Below are positions 54,301 through 64,000 of a stretch of DNA of 64,000 nucleotides, piece after piece. Source of the stretch: Nitrospirota bacterium. GTDB taxonomy: Bacteria; Nitrospirota; UBA9217. Under the pieces are notes generated by a model, which saw nothing but the letters and a program-made list of their open reading frames with translations, ran no database searches and was not told the origin of the DNA. A program made the position numbers and the translations under genes. The stretch lies in contig CAVWHO010000008.1 in NCBI GenBank assembly GCA_963754875.1, positions 192,001 through 256,000 of the forward strand. The letters run 5' to 3'. The number at the start of each line of letters is the position of its first letter. Position 1 is the stretch's first letter.

Positions 54301-54433
54301 TGTCGGTCATCGGTGCGTTGATGATGATTGCAGCTGAGGCATTCCCGGCAAGGCCCAAACTGAGGACAACAAGAATAAGGACCAGTATCCTCCGCGTTGA
54401 GTGAACAGCTGATGAAAAATGGCGGTACATCAA
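51371..54433 (-). CDS. Secreted adhesin: lectin-like (ConA-type) domain plus three DUF11 domains
   Basis: WLRLT..GADG..GIGVDEYGN..GYAASTGGSTNYHEI lectin-like motifs; DLAITK, DLSTSTK, IMVLKS repeats. Confidence 0.82.
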   Translation of the reverse strand: MMYRHFSSAVHSTRRILVLILVVLSLGLAGNASAAIIINAPMTDTNSAGWTLGGGTILTGSGAIDPVGQGWLRLTNNTGNQTGFAYNTTAFDLSAGLLVEFDYATWGGTGADGYSVYLFDANVGAFNIGAFGGSLGYAQKLTTSPCGNPAPSNVPGISGGYIGIGVDEYGNFADCGEGRYLSAYGNSNTVPNTITLRGSVVGFGAGAIGQTLSAASYPWIATSANNGLLWFNGSPRPSQTGPNYRHVRIQISPAPNPVANVWVSFGYSSPLVFTQMITNQALPAITTTQQLKIGYAASTGGSTNYHEIRNLIVTDQNTTSAIDLAITKTFLDITTGSTTTASVGDQIRYTVIASNTGPNNVTATGVGILDTVPAAITGVAWTCAGSGGGTCGAASGSGNAINTTANLPKNGYVTYTINGTVGAGAPSLLSNTASLVVPGAITDYNSSDDSATVSVSVPSDLSTSTKTWIDLNGGDQNPGDVIQYTIMLKETGHMAAPGVSVTDTFPTTLTGLLASCPSGAMCNIAGQVLTVSNISVPADGNVPIVVSATIAGGTVAGTSIDNTAMITNPGGPGAAPAAPTITVSASSIAQTGSKPLYLYSAPTYSLSRTPTPGAPPLVAINRGSSQSWTELPVLASPVTISPAVGATVPVSLNLSTNSSNNYTVIVDLFCSATPGTLITQSRTLALTGTVTSYPFNLPLTSAMSCATGNSWVLRVTNSGAASTTRRVNVTPANGGNISNVSLPSQNVIGVNSVNAYSAAYPAVTTPVSGFYIGGQTVYVRTAVSDPFGAFDISSTKITIKDPNNNAIVSAVTLTNIVTSTTGTKTYEYAYTVPAAGPTGYWTVNVTANEGTEGTISDLGTGTFRVGLMPNIMVLKSVQVISDPVSGVTTSARAIPGAVLEYTVTVTNSGTGVADGSSVVVTDPIPTNTTLYVSTVSGDPVLFSCSASPACGLTFSYGSDVKYTTTYPLPAVLAPPNACGNFTYSPTGNFDANVKGLCINPEGTLNGGNANFTVKFRVQLN

Positions 54434-54992
54434 ATGATGCCCCCTCCTGCCGAGCGTTTTACTGAAACTTCACGCGCACAGTTATGGCGTTATAGCGTTC
54501 TACAAAAAATATCTGATAAATCTGTAATTCGGCAATCCCCCCCGGGGTTGGCGGACTACAACTAAGGTAAGACAATTTTAGGATAAATATTATTTTTTGT
54601 CAATACATTTTTTTATGGTATTGCATTTTATTGTAACCCTCTACAGCGCCTAAATAGGTAATTTAGAACAAAATAAGGCATTTCAAGAATAATTCGGTCA
54701 GCTTTTGAACAACCAAATTGCTGCACTTTCCACATCTGCCGGAAGAAAGGGTTAAATTGTACTGGATAGAGAGAAGCTGGATTGGGAATACAGAATGTTG
54801 TGATACTTGAATTACTTGGAGTCGTTATGCGGGTCCTGAAAAACAAAAAGAAAGAAGATGGTCGTTGAAATATATGTTTTTTATATTTCAGAGCGTTGTA
54901 ATAAGCGCTCACATGCGTACGGCGATTTTTATGACCAAAAAGGGCTAAGGTTATTTTGGCCAAACTATGACCTCCTTCATTATCATCTGTAC

Positions 54993-55640
54993 TCACGATG
55001 ATTTATGCTTATGAAATTCTTTTCGCAACTCACGGAAAGATTCAAACCATGATTTTTTCACATCATCTGGCCATGAAGGATCAAAATCAGGAAATTTATT
55101 TAACCAGACTTGCTCAGATGATATGGTTTTTTCAGCTTTTATTACCTTAGATTCATCTTGTTCAATGCTGGAAAATTTAAATTTTTTGATATGCGGTGAT
55201 AGTTCTATCCCCGTATATTTTGCTGCAGCTAAGAAAAACGCTACACTTTTTCTAATGGTCCCACCAAAGGCACCAGCTTTCTCAAAACAGAGCTGTAAGT
55301 CTTTCGATGTGGCACTTTTTAGATCAAATCCTTCACTAAATAAAAAAGGATAGGATGCAATTATGATCTCTCGGAGTATTGTCTTTTTTTCTTCTTCAGA
55401 TGCTTCAACTAATTTATGGAATTTTTCAGTTGGAATACCATCGTGTCCTGACATTAAGTGAAAATATTTTAGAGTCGTAATAAGTTGAGCCTGGGCAGCA
55501 CTGGAAAAAGAACTCAAGGTCTTAATATTGCGGTCAATCTTATTTGGTACACCAACTTTTGCCAGCCCCTCAATAAAGTTAAGAAAGGTGTTAAGGGAGA
55601 GGTAAGGTGGGGTTAGTATCTTATCTTTAATTTTTTCCAT
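54993..55640 (-). CDS. AT-rich hypothetical protein, DUF5343-like
   Basis: PPYLSLNTF..GVPNKID; C-terminal KFPDFDPSW..W; family call from memory. Confidence 0.55.
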   Translation of the reverse strand: MEKIKDKILTPPYLSLNTFLNFIEGLAKVGVPNKIDRNIKTLSSFSSAAQAQLITTLKYFHLMSGHDGIPTEKFHKLVEASEEEKKTILREIIIASYPFLFSEGFDLKSATSKDLQLCFEKAGAFGGTIRKSVAFFLAAAKYTGIELSPHIKKFKFSSIEQDESKVIKAEKTISSEQVWLNKFPDFDPSWPDDVKKSWFESFRELRKEFHKHKSS

Positions 55641-56176
55641 ACAAAAGTCTTCCTGAAAATATTCCGTATAATCCTTTTATATCAGATACGCATATTCCTG
55701 TCAAGAGGAATATATTCCATTTTTTATTTTTTTCCAATATGCTTTATGAACCGACAGCGTATACTGTTAAAATTATTAACTTACAGGAAATAAAAGGTTG
55801 GACTGATGTTATATAATATTCCATATATTCCAACATTCCATCTATTAGAAAAAATGAATATTCATTTTAATAGAGAAAATATTCTTTTGTGCCGACTTTT
55901 TTGTAATATTTTTTATACAGAAAGGAAATATGCTTTAGGAATGGCGAGAGAATTGTCAGGCCTTAAAAGGAAATGAACCTTTACAGCAGAATGTAGAATG
56001 TAATGAGACCGACAGCAAAAAAATATTTAATGTTACAAAAGACGTATGATGAAACCTGCCAGTTATGCACGTCAAGAACCACGCGTCAAGATGCAGGGCA
56101 AACTGGCATGTTTTCGTCGATCGAACTTTTATAAAATAAACGAGAATAGCCAAGAAGAATGACTACAGCAGCATCT

Positions 56177-57031
56177 TCACGAAAGATCGCTGCCCCAAGA
56201 TTGGAAGGCGTTCCCTTTTTCATCGAGCTTGCAGGCAAGCAGGTAAGGATCATGATAAAAGGTAAACCAGGCGCCGTTATCGATTCCGATCTTAATCCAC
56301 TTTTCCTTCATTGCAATTGAATCCATGGGATAGTTATCATAGGCCATGACCCACAATGGGTTAGCATGTGCATGCGTGGGGAAAAGATCGCCAAGGTGCA
56401 ACGCAGTTTCTGCTTTTGATTTCATGTGTACGATCTGGTGCCCGCTGTTGTGCCCCCCCGTATGGACAACTGATATCCCCGGGACGACCTCTGCTTCTCC
56501 GTTCACCAGTTCGAGCTTGTCGTTTCCCTTCATCAGTTCTATGTTTACGGGCCAATACGTGTTAATGGACCTTGCATTCGGGCTCAACACGCCCTCCCAC
56601 TCCTTTTTTTGGAGTATGTGTTTCGCCTTTGGAAAGGTGAGAGCAAGCCGGCCAGTTTCGTCCTGCATGATAACGCCTCCCGCATGGTCGAAATCATAAT
56701 GAGTCAGAATGACGAAATCGATGTCCGTGCGCGAGATGCCGAGTTGATCAAGCTCTTGGAGAACGGACCATTCCTCCTTGACGAGGAAGATATTCTTCTG
56801 TTTGTCCGTCAGTTTATTCCCGAGCCCCGTCTCAATGAGCACGAGGGCACCCGGCGTCTTTACCAGGATGGGCCATGCACTGAGGCTGATTGTGTTCTCA
56901 TCGGTCGCCGGATATTTCTTCTGCCAGAGCACCTTCGGCACGACACCGAACATTGCTCCGCCGTCCAGCTCGAACCTGCCGCCGTTCAGCCACGTCAGTT
57001 CAAAATCACCCAACCGGAATCCTGTTTTCAT
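56177..57031 (-). CDS. MBL-fold metallo-hydrolase (YtnP-like)
   Basis: LDGGAMFGVVPK, THYDFDHAGG, GGHNSGHQ, FYHDP. Confidence 0.9.
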   Translation of the reverse strand: MKTGFRLGDFELTWLNGGRFELDGGAMFGVVPKVLWQKKYPATDENTISLSAWPILVKTPGALVLIETGLGNKLTDKQKNIFLVKEEWSVLQELDQLGISRTDIDFVILTHYDFDHAGGVIMQDETGRLALTFPKAKHILQKKEWEGVLSPNARSINTYWPVNIELMKGNDKLELVNGEAEVVPGISVVHTGGHNSGHQIVHMKSKAETALHLGDLFPTHAHANPLWVMAYDNYPMDSIAMKEKWIKIGIDNGAWFTFYHDPYLLACKLDEKGNAFQSWGSDLS

Positions 57032-57046
57032 AATAGGCTCCCCATA

Positions 57047-57071
57047 AAAAAAATGCGGCCCGAAGGCCGCA
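57047..57071 (-). terminator. Intrinsic terminator downstream of prpE
   Basis: tgcggcc-ttcg-ggccgca followed by T-run. Confidence 0.75.
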
Positions 57072-57326
57072 GTCCCTGATCAAACCAGGAAAATACCGCT
57101 ACAATCATGGAGAAGAGAGAAGATCACAGGGCAATAGCAAAATCCCCTATCTGCCAAACTGCGCGTCCAGTGAAATCGGTAAAAGATCATTGACCACAGA
57201 CACGGACGGAGGAAGTGCTCTGAAAAAAAAGTCCCCCCTCACGCTTTGAGCCCCTGGGGTGAAATCCGTTTATTCAAGACAGTCACGACGTAACGAGGGG
57301 CTCTGTTCACCCCCGTGTCCTCTGCT

Positions 57327-59246
57327 TCACAAAGGCATATTGTTACTGTCTTCCTTGTGAGCATAGCCCACTTTTTTCAGCGCCTCTTCAATTTCGTTCA
57401 GCGTCGCCGGGTCGTCAATGGTCGACGGCATCGTGTAGGTCTCGCCGTCGGCGATCTTCCGCATGGTGCCGCGCAGGATCTTTCCGGAGCGCGTCTTCGG
57501 GAGCCGTTTCACGACGCACGTTTCCTTGTATCCGGCGATGGGGCCGATGGTCTCCCTGATCATGTTCGCGAGATCCTTCTTGATTGCCTCTTCACTCGTG
57601 TTCACGCCCGCCTTGAGCACGCAAAGCCCGACGGGAAGCTGGCCTTTCAGATTATCGTGCACACCGATGACCGCGCATTCCGCAATGTCCTTATGCGTGG
57701 ATACGACCTCTTCCATCTCTCCTGTGGAGAGCCGGTGGCCGGCCACGTTGATCACGTCGTCCACCCGGCCCATGATATAAACGTAGCCGTCTTCATCGAT
57801 ATACCCGCCGTCGCTCGTAAAGTAGTAACCGGGGTACACTTTGAGGTAGGACTCGAGAAACCGCTGGTCCGCCTGCCAGAGCGTGGGGAGCGTGCCCGGA
57901 GGCAGCGGCAGCTTGATGGTTACGAGACCGGTCACTTTCGGACCGACCGGCTTGCCGTTCGTGTCCAGGATCGTGACGTTGAACCCGGGCACCGGCTTGG
58001 TAGAAGATCCCGGTTTGATCGGATGTTCTTCGATGCCCATGCTGTTTGCCGTTATCGGCCAGCCGGTCTCGGTCTGCCACCAGTGGTCGATGACCGGTTT
58101 TTGCAGAAGATCATGAGCCCAATGGTAGGTATCGGGATCGAGACGTTCACCGGCGAGGAACAGGTACTTGAACCCCGAGAGGTCGTACTTCTTGATGAAT
58201 TCACCATTCGGGTCTTCCTTCTTGATGGCACGGAACGCAGTCGGTGCCGTGAACAGCACTTTGACTTTGTGCTGGGATATGACCCTCCAGAACGCCCCGG
58301 CGTCGGGCGTGCCGACCGGTTTCCCCTCGTAGATGATCGTAGTGCAGCCATGCAGGAGCGGACCGTAAACAATGTAGGAGTGCCCGACGACCCAGCCCAC
58401 ATCCGATGCGGCCCAGTAGACGTCGCCCGGTTCGACGTTGTAGATGTACCGCATGCTCCACCGGAGCGCCACGGCATGGCCGCCGTTGTCTCGGACCACG
58501 CCCTTCGGTTTGCCGGTCGTTCCCGACGTATAGAGGATATAGAGCGGATCGGTCGCCTTGACCGGTGTGCACTCCGTGGGCTTTGCTTTTGCAATGAGCT
58601 CTTCCCAGTCGAGGTCGCGGCCCGGGTTCAGCGCGGCTTTTACGAACTGGCGCTGGAATATGATGTTCTTTTCCGGTTTATGCGTGGCCAGCTCTATGGC
58701 TTTGTCGAGCATGGGCTTGTATTCCAGGGTTTTCTTTCCCTCGATGGCGCCCGAGGCGGTGATTATGACTTTGGGTTTTGCGTCGTCGATCCTGATCGCA
58801 AGCTCGTGGGGTGCAAATCCGCCGAACACCACGGAATGCACGGCGCCGAGACGTGCGCACGCGAGCATGGCAATCACCGCCTGCGGGATCATGGGCATGT
58901 AGATGATGACCGTCGTCCCCTTCTGGACGCCCATGCCCTTCAAGGCGCCTGCAAACCGGGAAACCTGATCGAGCAGTTCCGTATAGGTGTACTTCCGGAC
59001 CGTGTTGGTCACCGGGCTGTCGTAGATCAGAGCGACCTGATCGCCCCTGCCGTACTTCGCGTGCCGGTCGAGAGCATTGTAACAGGTGTTCATCTCACCG
59101 CCGCTGTACCAGCGGTAGAAAGGCTTGTTGGAATCATCAAGAACTTTGTCCCACTTCTTGGTCCAGGTGATCGCTTCTGCAGCCTCACCCCAGAACTTCT
59201 CCGGGTCCTTGATGCTCTTCTGAAAGAGATCCTGATACTTTCCCAT
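57327..59246 (-). CDS. prpE: Propionyl-CoA synthetase
   Basis: YTSGTTGKPKGVVRDNGGH, DHWWQTETG, LPKTRSGKILR; in prp operon. Confidence 0.88.
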   Translation of the reverse strand: MGKYQDLFQKSIKDPEKFWGEAAEAITWTKKWDKVLDDSNKPFYRWYSGGEMNTCYNALDRHAKYGRGDQVALIYDSPVTNTVRKYTYTELLDQVSRFAGALKGMGVQKGTTVIIYMPMIPQAVIAMLACARLGAVHSVVFGGFAPHELAIRIDDAKPKVIITASGAIEGKKTLEYKPMLDKAIELATHKPEKNIIFQRQFVKAALNPGRDLDWEELIAKAKPTECTPVKATDPLYILYTSGTTGKPKGVVRDNGGHAVALRWSMRYIYNVEPGDVYWAASDVGWVVGHSYIVYGPLLHGCTTIIYEGKPVGTPDAGAFWRVISQHKVKVLFTAPTAFRAIKKEDPNGEFIKKYDLSGFKYLFLAGERLDPDTYHWAHDLLQKPVIDHWWQTETGWPITANSMGIEEHPIKPGSSTKPVPGFNVTILDTNGKPVGPKVTGLVTIKLPLPPGTLPTLWQADQRFLESYLKVYPGYYFTSDGGYIDEDGYVYIMGRVDDVINVAGHRLSTGEMEEVVSTHKDIAECAVIGVHDNLKGQLPVGLCVLKAGVNTSEEAIKKDLANMIRETIGPIAGYKETCVVKRLPKTRSGKILRGTMRKIADGETYTMPSTIDDPATLNEIEEALKKVGYAHKEDSNNMPL

Positions 59247-59359
59247 ACTTACCCTCCTCACATTGTTTTAATGTGCATGTTTTTGCTACACTGATGCCCA
59301 AAAAAAGTCGGCTCGAATGTATGCTCTTACGGCTTAAGCGACTCTCTCAAAAAACCGCA

Positions 59360-62068
59360 CTACGGTCCGTGCATGAGTTCCCGTAGTACATACGGCAGAA
59401 TTCCCCCATGCTGATAATAATCGACCTCGATCGGGGTATCGATCCGCGACAGCAGCTTGACTTCCTGGCGAACTCCCCCGTGTCTTTTGACGAGAAGGCT
59501 GATTTCCTGTTGCGGCATCAGATTGTTCAAGCCGACAATATCGAACTCTTCATCTCCGATGAGCCGCAGTGATTGGACGGAATCGTTGCCTTTGAACTGC
59601 AGCGGCAATACGCCCATGCCTACGAGGTTGGAACGGTGGATACGCTCGAAGCTTCGTGCAATAACGGCGCGCACTCCGAAAAGTCTGGTGCCTTTGGCTG
59701 CCCAATCACGCGATGATCCTGTCCCGTATTCTTCTCCACCGAAGACCACCGTCGGCGTGCCTTGGGCCAGATATTTCATTGCAGCGTCATAGATCGACAT
59801 CTGCTCTCCGCTGGGCTGAAACAGGGTAATGCCGCCTTCCACGCGCGCGCCGTCTGCCTTCGGGAGGCACCATGAGGTTCTTGATGCGCACGTTCGCGAA
59901 GGTGCCGCGAATCATCACATCGTGATTGCCCCGGCGCGTGCCGTAGCTCTGAAAATCGGTCTTGGCACGTTGTTTTCGAGCAGGTATTTTCCCGCGGGAG
60001 TGGTCTCCTTGATGGAGCCTGCCGGACTGATATGGTCGGTCGTGACCGAATCGCCGAAGATGCCGAGCGCCCGGGCTCCGAGCGATGTCGTTGACGCGCC
60101 CGGCTGCATCGAGAAGTCCATGAAGAACGGAGGTTCCGCAATGTACGTGGATTTCGGCCAGTTATAGACTTCCTCGGAAACCGAGGCCACGTTGTTCCAC
60201 AAGACATTGTCCTTGGTGAAGTCCGCGTAGAGACGCTGGAAGGTTTCCGGGTCCGTGGCATACTTCATCACGGACGCAACTTCGGCATTGCTCGGCCAGA
60301 TGTCTTTGAGGTAGACCGTTGCTGCCGTCCTTGCCGATGCCCAGAGGATCTTTCTCCATGATTCATGAGCACGGTCCCGGCTATGGCATAGGCCACGACA
60401 AGGGGCGGGCTCATCAAAAAGTTGGCGCGCAGGTTCGGATGGATGCGCGCTTCGAAGTTGCGGTTGCCGGAAAGGACCGATGCGCAGACGAGATCATTCT
60501 GCAGAATGGCCTCTTCCGTCCCTTCATCCAGGGGGCCTGAATTGCCGATGCAGGTGGTGCAGCCGTAGGCAACGATATTGAAACCGAGCTTTCCAGGATA
60601 AGGCAGGAGACCGGCTTTTGCAGATATTCGGTCACGACTCGCGAGCCCGGCGCAAGGGACGTCTTGACGTGCTTTTTTACGACGTGCAGGCCTTTCTCCA
60701 CAGCCTTCTTTGCCAGCAGACCGGCAGCGAGCAGCACCGCACGGATTGGAGGTGTTGGTGCAGGAGGTGATGGCGGCGATGATCACATCTCCGGAGCCGA
60801 TGTCTATGCCGTCCTTTGTTTTGAAGCGCGCTGCAATGTCTTCGGACTTCTTTGCAAATCCGTTTTCCGTTGTCGGCTTGACGAATAATTGGGACATCGT
60901 ATTTTTCAGAGCGGGAAGTTCAATGCGGTCCTGCGGGCGTTTCGGCCCTGCAACGGAAGGTTTGATCGAAGAGAGGTCGAGTTCAAGGGTCCGCGTGTAA
61001 TCTATCTCTCCGGCCTTCGGGAATGCCGTACATTCTCTGGGCTGTGTAATAGGACTTGCAAGCGGCGACTTCCTCGTGAGTACGTCCGCTGCTGCTGAGG
61101 TACTCGACGGTCACGTCGTCGATCGGGAAGAAGCCCATGGTCGCGCCGTACTCCGGCGACATATTCGCGATCGTGGCGCGGTCAGGCACGCTGAGGGATG
61201 CGGTGCCTGATCCGAAAAATTCGACAAAGGCGCCGACGACCTTATTTTTCCGGAGCATCTCGGTGATGGTCAGCACGAGGTCGGTGGCAGTGACGCCTTC
61301 CCGGAGTTTTCCGGTCAGGTTCACCCCCACCACATCAGGAGTTAGGAAGTAGAGCGGCTGACCGAGCATACCCGCTTCCGCCTCAATGCCTCCCACGCCC
61401 CAGCCGACCGAGCCGATACCATTGATCATCGTCGTATGGCTGTCGGTGCCGACGAGCGTATCGGGATAGTAGACATCGTTCTTGTCATGCACGCCGCGCG
61501 CCAGGTATTCAAGGTTCACCTGGTGAACGATGCCGATGCCCGGCGGGACTACCTGGAAGGAATGGAATGTGTTCATGCCCCACTTCAGGAACTCGTACCG
61601 TTCCCGGTTGCGCTTGAATTCCATTTCCATATTGATCCGAAGCGCATCAGGATTTCCGTAGGAGTCTATCTGCACGGAGTGGTCCACGACCAGATCGACA
61701 GGGACGAGCGGTTCGATGATGCCCGGATTTTTGCCCATCCTGCGGGCCGCGCCGCGCATTGCCGCCAGATCGCACAGGAGGGGTACGCCGGTAAAGTCCT
61801 GGAGCAGGATGCGTGCAACGACAAAAGGAATTTCCTCTATGCGCCGTCCCTGGGGCGACCAGGCAGCAAGCTGTTTAACGTGATCTTCTGTTATCTTCTT
61901 GCCATCGTAATTACGCAGCACCGATTCGAGCACGATCCTGATCGAAACGGGCAAATGCGAGATCATGCCGATCCCCGCTTTTTCCAGAACAGGCAGGGAA
62001 TACAATTTCCCCTTTTTCCCGTTGCCCAGGCTGAAATCTCGGAGCGTATTGAAGAGATTATGGGTCAC
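59360..62068 (-). CDS. acnA: Aconitate hydratase A family (likely methylisocitrate dehydratase role), several frameshifts
   Basis: [60 protein letters not shown] in successive frames. Confidence 0.9.
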
Positions 62069-62086
62069 TGTGTCTCCATTTTTTAT

Positions 62087-62165
62087 CGCACGAAGGCACG
62101 AAGCCACAAAGAAGTACACTGAAAGGCAGGTGATCCTCCCCTTCGTGGCTTCGCGCCTTCGTGTG
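62087..62165. repeat. Intergenic inverted repeat built from cacgaag-like units
   Basis: cacgaaggcacgaagccac / gtggcttcgcgccttcgtg. Confidence 0.6.
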
Positions 62166-62190
62166 AGACCGACTGCATCTGTTTTTTGGT

Positions 62191-63642
62191 TCAGATCACA
62201 TACAAATCGACGTATTCATGCACCGGCATAGCTTCCAGTTTTTGCTGGTCCAGACTGATCTCAAGAATCGCCTTCTGCTGTCTAGCCGGGAACCGACGCG
62301 CCAGGTTGGTCTTGAACTTATCGACGAGCACCGGCATGCCTTCCTTCCGCCGGCGGCGGTGTCCTATGGGGTATTCGACGAGAATTTCCGGCAGCTTGGT
62401 GTTGTCCTTGAATTCCAGGGTAAGGCCGTTCGCGATCGAACGTTTTTCAGGGTCGTGGTAATCCTTCGTAAACTGCGGGTCCTCAACGCAGGATATCTTA
62501 TCGCGCAGAGCATCTATGCGCGGGTCAGCCGCGACACTGTCTTCGTAGTCAGCGGCAATGAGCCTGCCGAAGATGAGCGGCACGGCTACCATGTACTGGA
62601 TGCAATGATCCCGGTCCGCAGGATTGTTGAGCGGCCCTTTCTTGTCGATGATGCGGATTGCAGCCTCGTGGGTGCGGATCGTGATTTTCTTTATATCGTC
62701 AGTGCTCCTGCCCGTGTCCTTGAGTTTTCTGTTCAGGGTCATGGCGCTTTCCACTGCCGTCTGGGAGTGGAATTCCGCCGGGAAAGAAATTTTAAACAGC
62801 ACGTTCTCCATCACATAGGAGCCGTAGGGCCGCTGGAACTTGAATTCATTCCCCTTGAAGAGCACGTCATAGAAACCCCAGGTCTTAGCCGTCATTGCCG
62901 AGGGGTACCCCATCTCGCCCTTCATGGCCATGAGCGCCAACCGGACGCCGCGCGCCGTTGCGTCGCCCGCTGCCCAGGATTTCCGGGAGCCCGTGTTCGG
63001 AGCATGGCGGTAGGTCCGGAGGGACTGGCCGTCGATCCACGCATTCGACAGGGCATCGATGATCTCTTCCTTTGTCCCGCCCAGCATCTTCATTACTACT
63101 GCGGTCGTCGCGACTTTGACGAGAACGACGTGGTCAAGCCCTACCCGGTTGAAGGAGTTTTCGATGGCGATAATCCCCTGGATCTCGTGGGCCTTGATCA
63201 TGCCGGTGAGTACGTCCCGCATCACAAGAGGCTTCTTGCCCTCGGACACTGCTTTGCGTGAAAGATAGTCAGCTGTTGCCAGGATGCCGCCCAGGTTGTC
63301 CGACGGATGGCCCCACTCCGCGGCAAGCCAGGTATCGTTGAAGTCGAGCCAGCGGATCATAGCGCCGATGTTGAATGCAGCCTGGATCGGGTCGAGCTGG
63401 AACTGGGTGCCGGGGACCTTTGCGCCCTGAGGAACAACGGTGCCCGGTACGATCGGCCCGAGGAGCTTCGTGCACGCGGGATACCCCAGCGCTTCGAGCC
63501 CGCAACCCAGGGTATCGATAAGACAGTACCGCGATGTTTCATAAGCCTCAGCCGACTTGATTTCATAATCATGTGCATAATTGGCAATGTCCACCAGGAC
63601 CTTGTCCGGGTCAGGACGGACATTGGAGATGTGAGAACTCAT
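62191..63642 (-). CDS. prpD: 2-methylcitrate dehydratase
   Basis: [49 protein letters not shown]. Confidence 0.96.
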   Translation of the reverse strand: MSSHISNVRPDPDKVLVDIANYAHDYEIKSAEAYETSRYCLIDTLGCGLEALGYPACTKLLGPIVPGTVVPQGAKVPGTQFQLDPIQAAFNIGAMIRWLDFNDTWLAAEWGHPSDNLGGILATADYLSRKAVSEGKKPLVMRDVLTGMIKAHEIQGIIAIENSFNRVGLDHVVLVKVATTAVVMKMLGGTKEEIIDALSNAWIDGQSLRTYRHAPNTGSRKSWAAGDATARGVRLALMAMKGEMGYPSAMTAKTWGFYDVLFKGNEFKFQRPYGSYVMENVLFKISFPAEFHSQTAVESAMTLNRKLKDTGRSTDDIKKITIRTHEAAIRIIDKKGPLNNPADRDHCIQYMVAVPLIFGRLIAADYEDSVAADPRIDALRDKISCVEDPQFTKDYHDPEKRSIANGLTLEFKDNTKLPEILVEYPIGHRRRRKEGMPVLVDKFKTNLARRFPARQQKAILEISLDQQKLEAMPVHEYVDLYVI

Positions 63643-63751
63643 GCTGTTCTTTTTTCCTTTCGATGTGTGATTATAGTTTAAACCGATAGAGGATGGACGC
63701 AATTTCTTTTTCGTCCCTCGTCCATCCTCCATCCTCCCTCATCCCGCGTTT

Positions 63752-64000
63752 CTACTTCCTGTCCTTGATCGGCGCATACTTCCGGTCTTCAGGTCCGGTG
63801 TAGTTCGCGGAAGGACGGATGATCTTGTTATCGAGCCGCTGCTCGATCACATGGGCGCCCCAGCCCGTGGTGCGTGAAATGACGAAGATCGGTGTGAACA
63901 GGCTGGTCGGTACACCCAGCATATGATAAGTCACCGCAGAATACCAGTCAAGATTGGAGAACATGTTCTTTTCCCTTTTCATGACCGCTTCGATACGGTC
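63752..64000 (-). CDS. prpC: 2-methylcitrate synthase, C-terminal part (runs off window)
   Basis: [37 protein letters not shown]; upstream of prpD. Confidence 0.9.
   Translation of the reverse strand, partial: DRIEAVMKREKNMFSNLDWYSAVTYHMLGVPTSLFTPIFVISRTTGWGAHVIEQRLDNKIIRPSANYTGPEDRKYAPIKDRK

Noticed and set aside
54434..54620. c-di-GMP riboswitch ahead of the adhesin operon
   Set aside because: Could not find the GEMM consensus by eye; an Rfam scan would be needed
54628..54996. 122-aa ORF overlapping the DUF5343-like stop
   Set aside because: Composition not protein-like and no motifs; left uncalled
57315..59294. 659-aa plus-strand ORF
   Set aside because: Antisense shadow of prpE with no recognisable motifs; the same applies to long shadows over htpG, the RND genes, prpD and 43454-44548

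Overview
Bacterial genomic window of moderate-to-high GC. Gene content suggests a diderm Nitrospirota/Desulfobacterota-like organism (inference only). Many genes carry single-base indels, most likely long-read assembly errors. Ordinary content: an M50-CBS protease, an arylsulfate sulfotransferase, two RND efflux loci, an ECF sigma factor, an old yellow enzyme, a YeeE/YedE pair, htpG, an HPF-CSD protein, two divergent chemoreceptors, a small metal-handling cluster, an MFS transporter and a methylcitrate-cycle operon (prpC-prpD-acnA-prpE). Two regions stand out. (1) About 40.3-54.4 kb (minus strand): a co-oriented cluster of secreted DUF11-type proteins plus a giant OmpA/beta-barrel protein, a receiver protein and a triple-MshEN membrane protein. 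The DUF11 domain is split between proteins. C-termini carry the Lys/Asp half and lack the final Asn strand, while mature N-termini carry that strand. This predicts a sortase-free pilus polymerised by donor-strand complementation and intermolecular isopeptide bonds. (2) About 10.2-16.7 kb: an accessory island with three toxin-antitoxin pairs, decayed integron attC sites, a REP-associated tyrosine transposase (RAYT) bounded by 27-bp inverted repeats with a duplicated end enclosing an AT-rich protease, and two REP doublets lying exactly at gene truncation points. No rRNA, tRNA or CRISPR array was seen.
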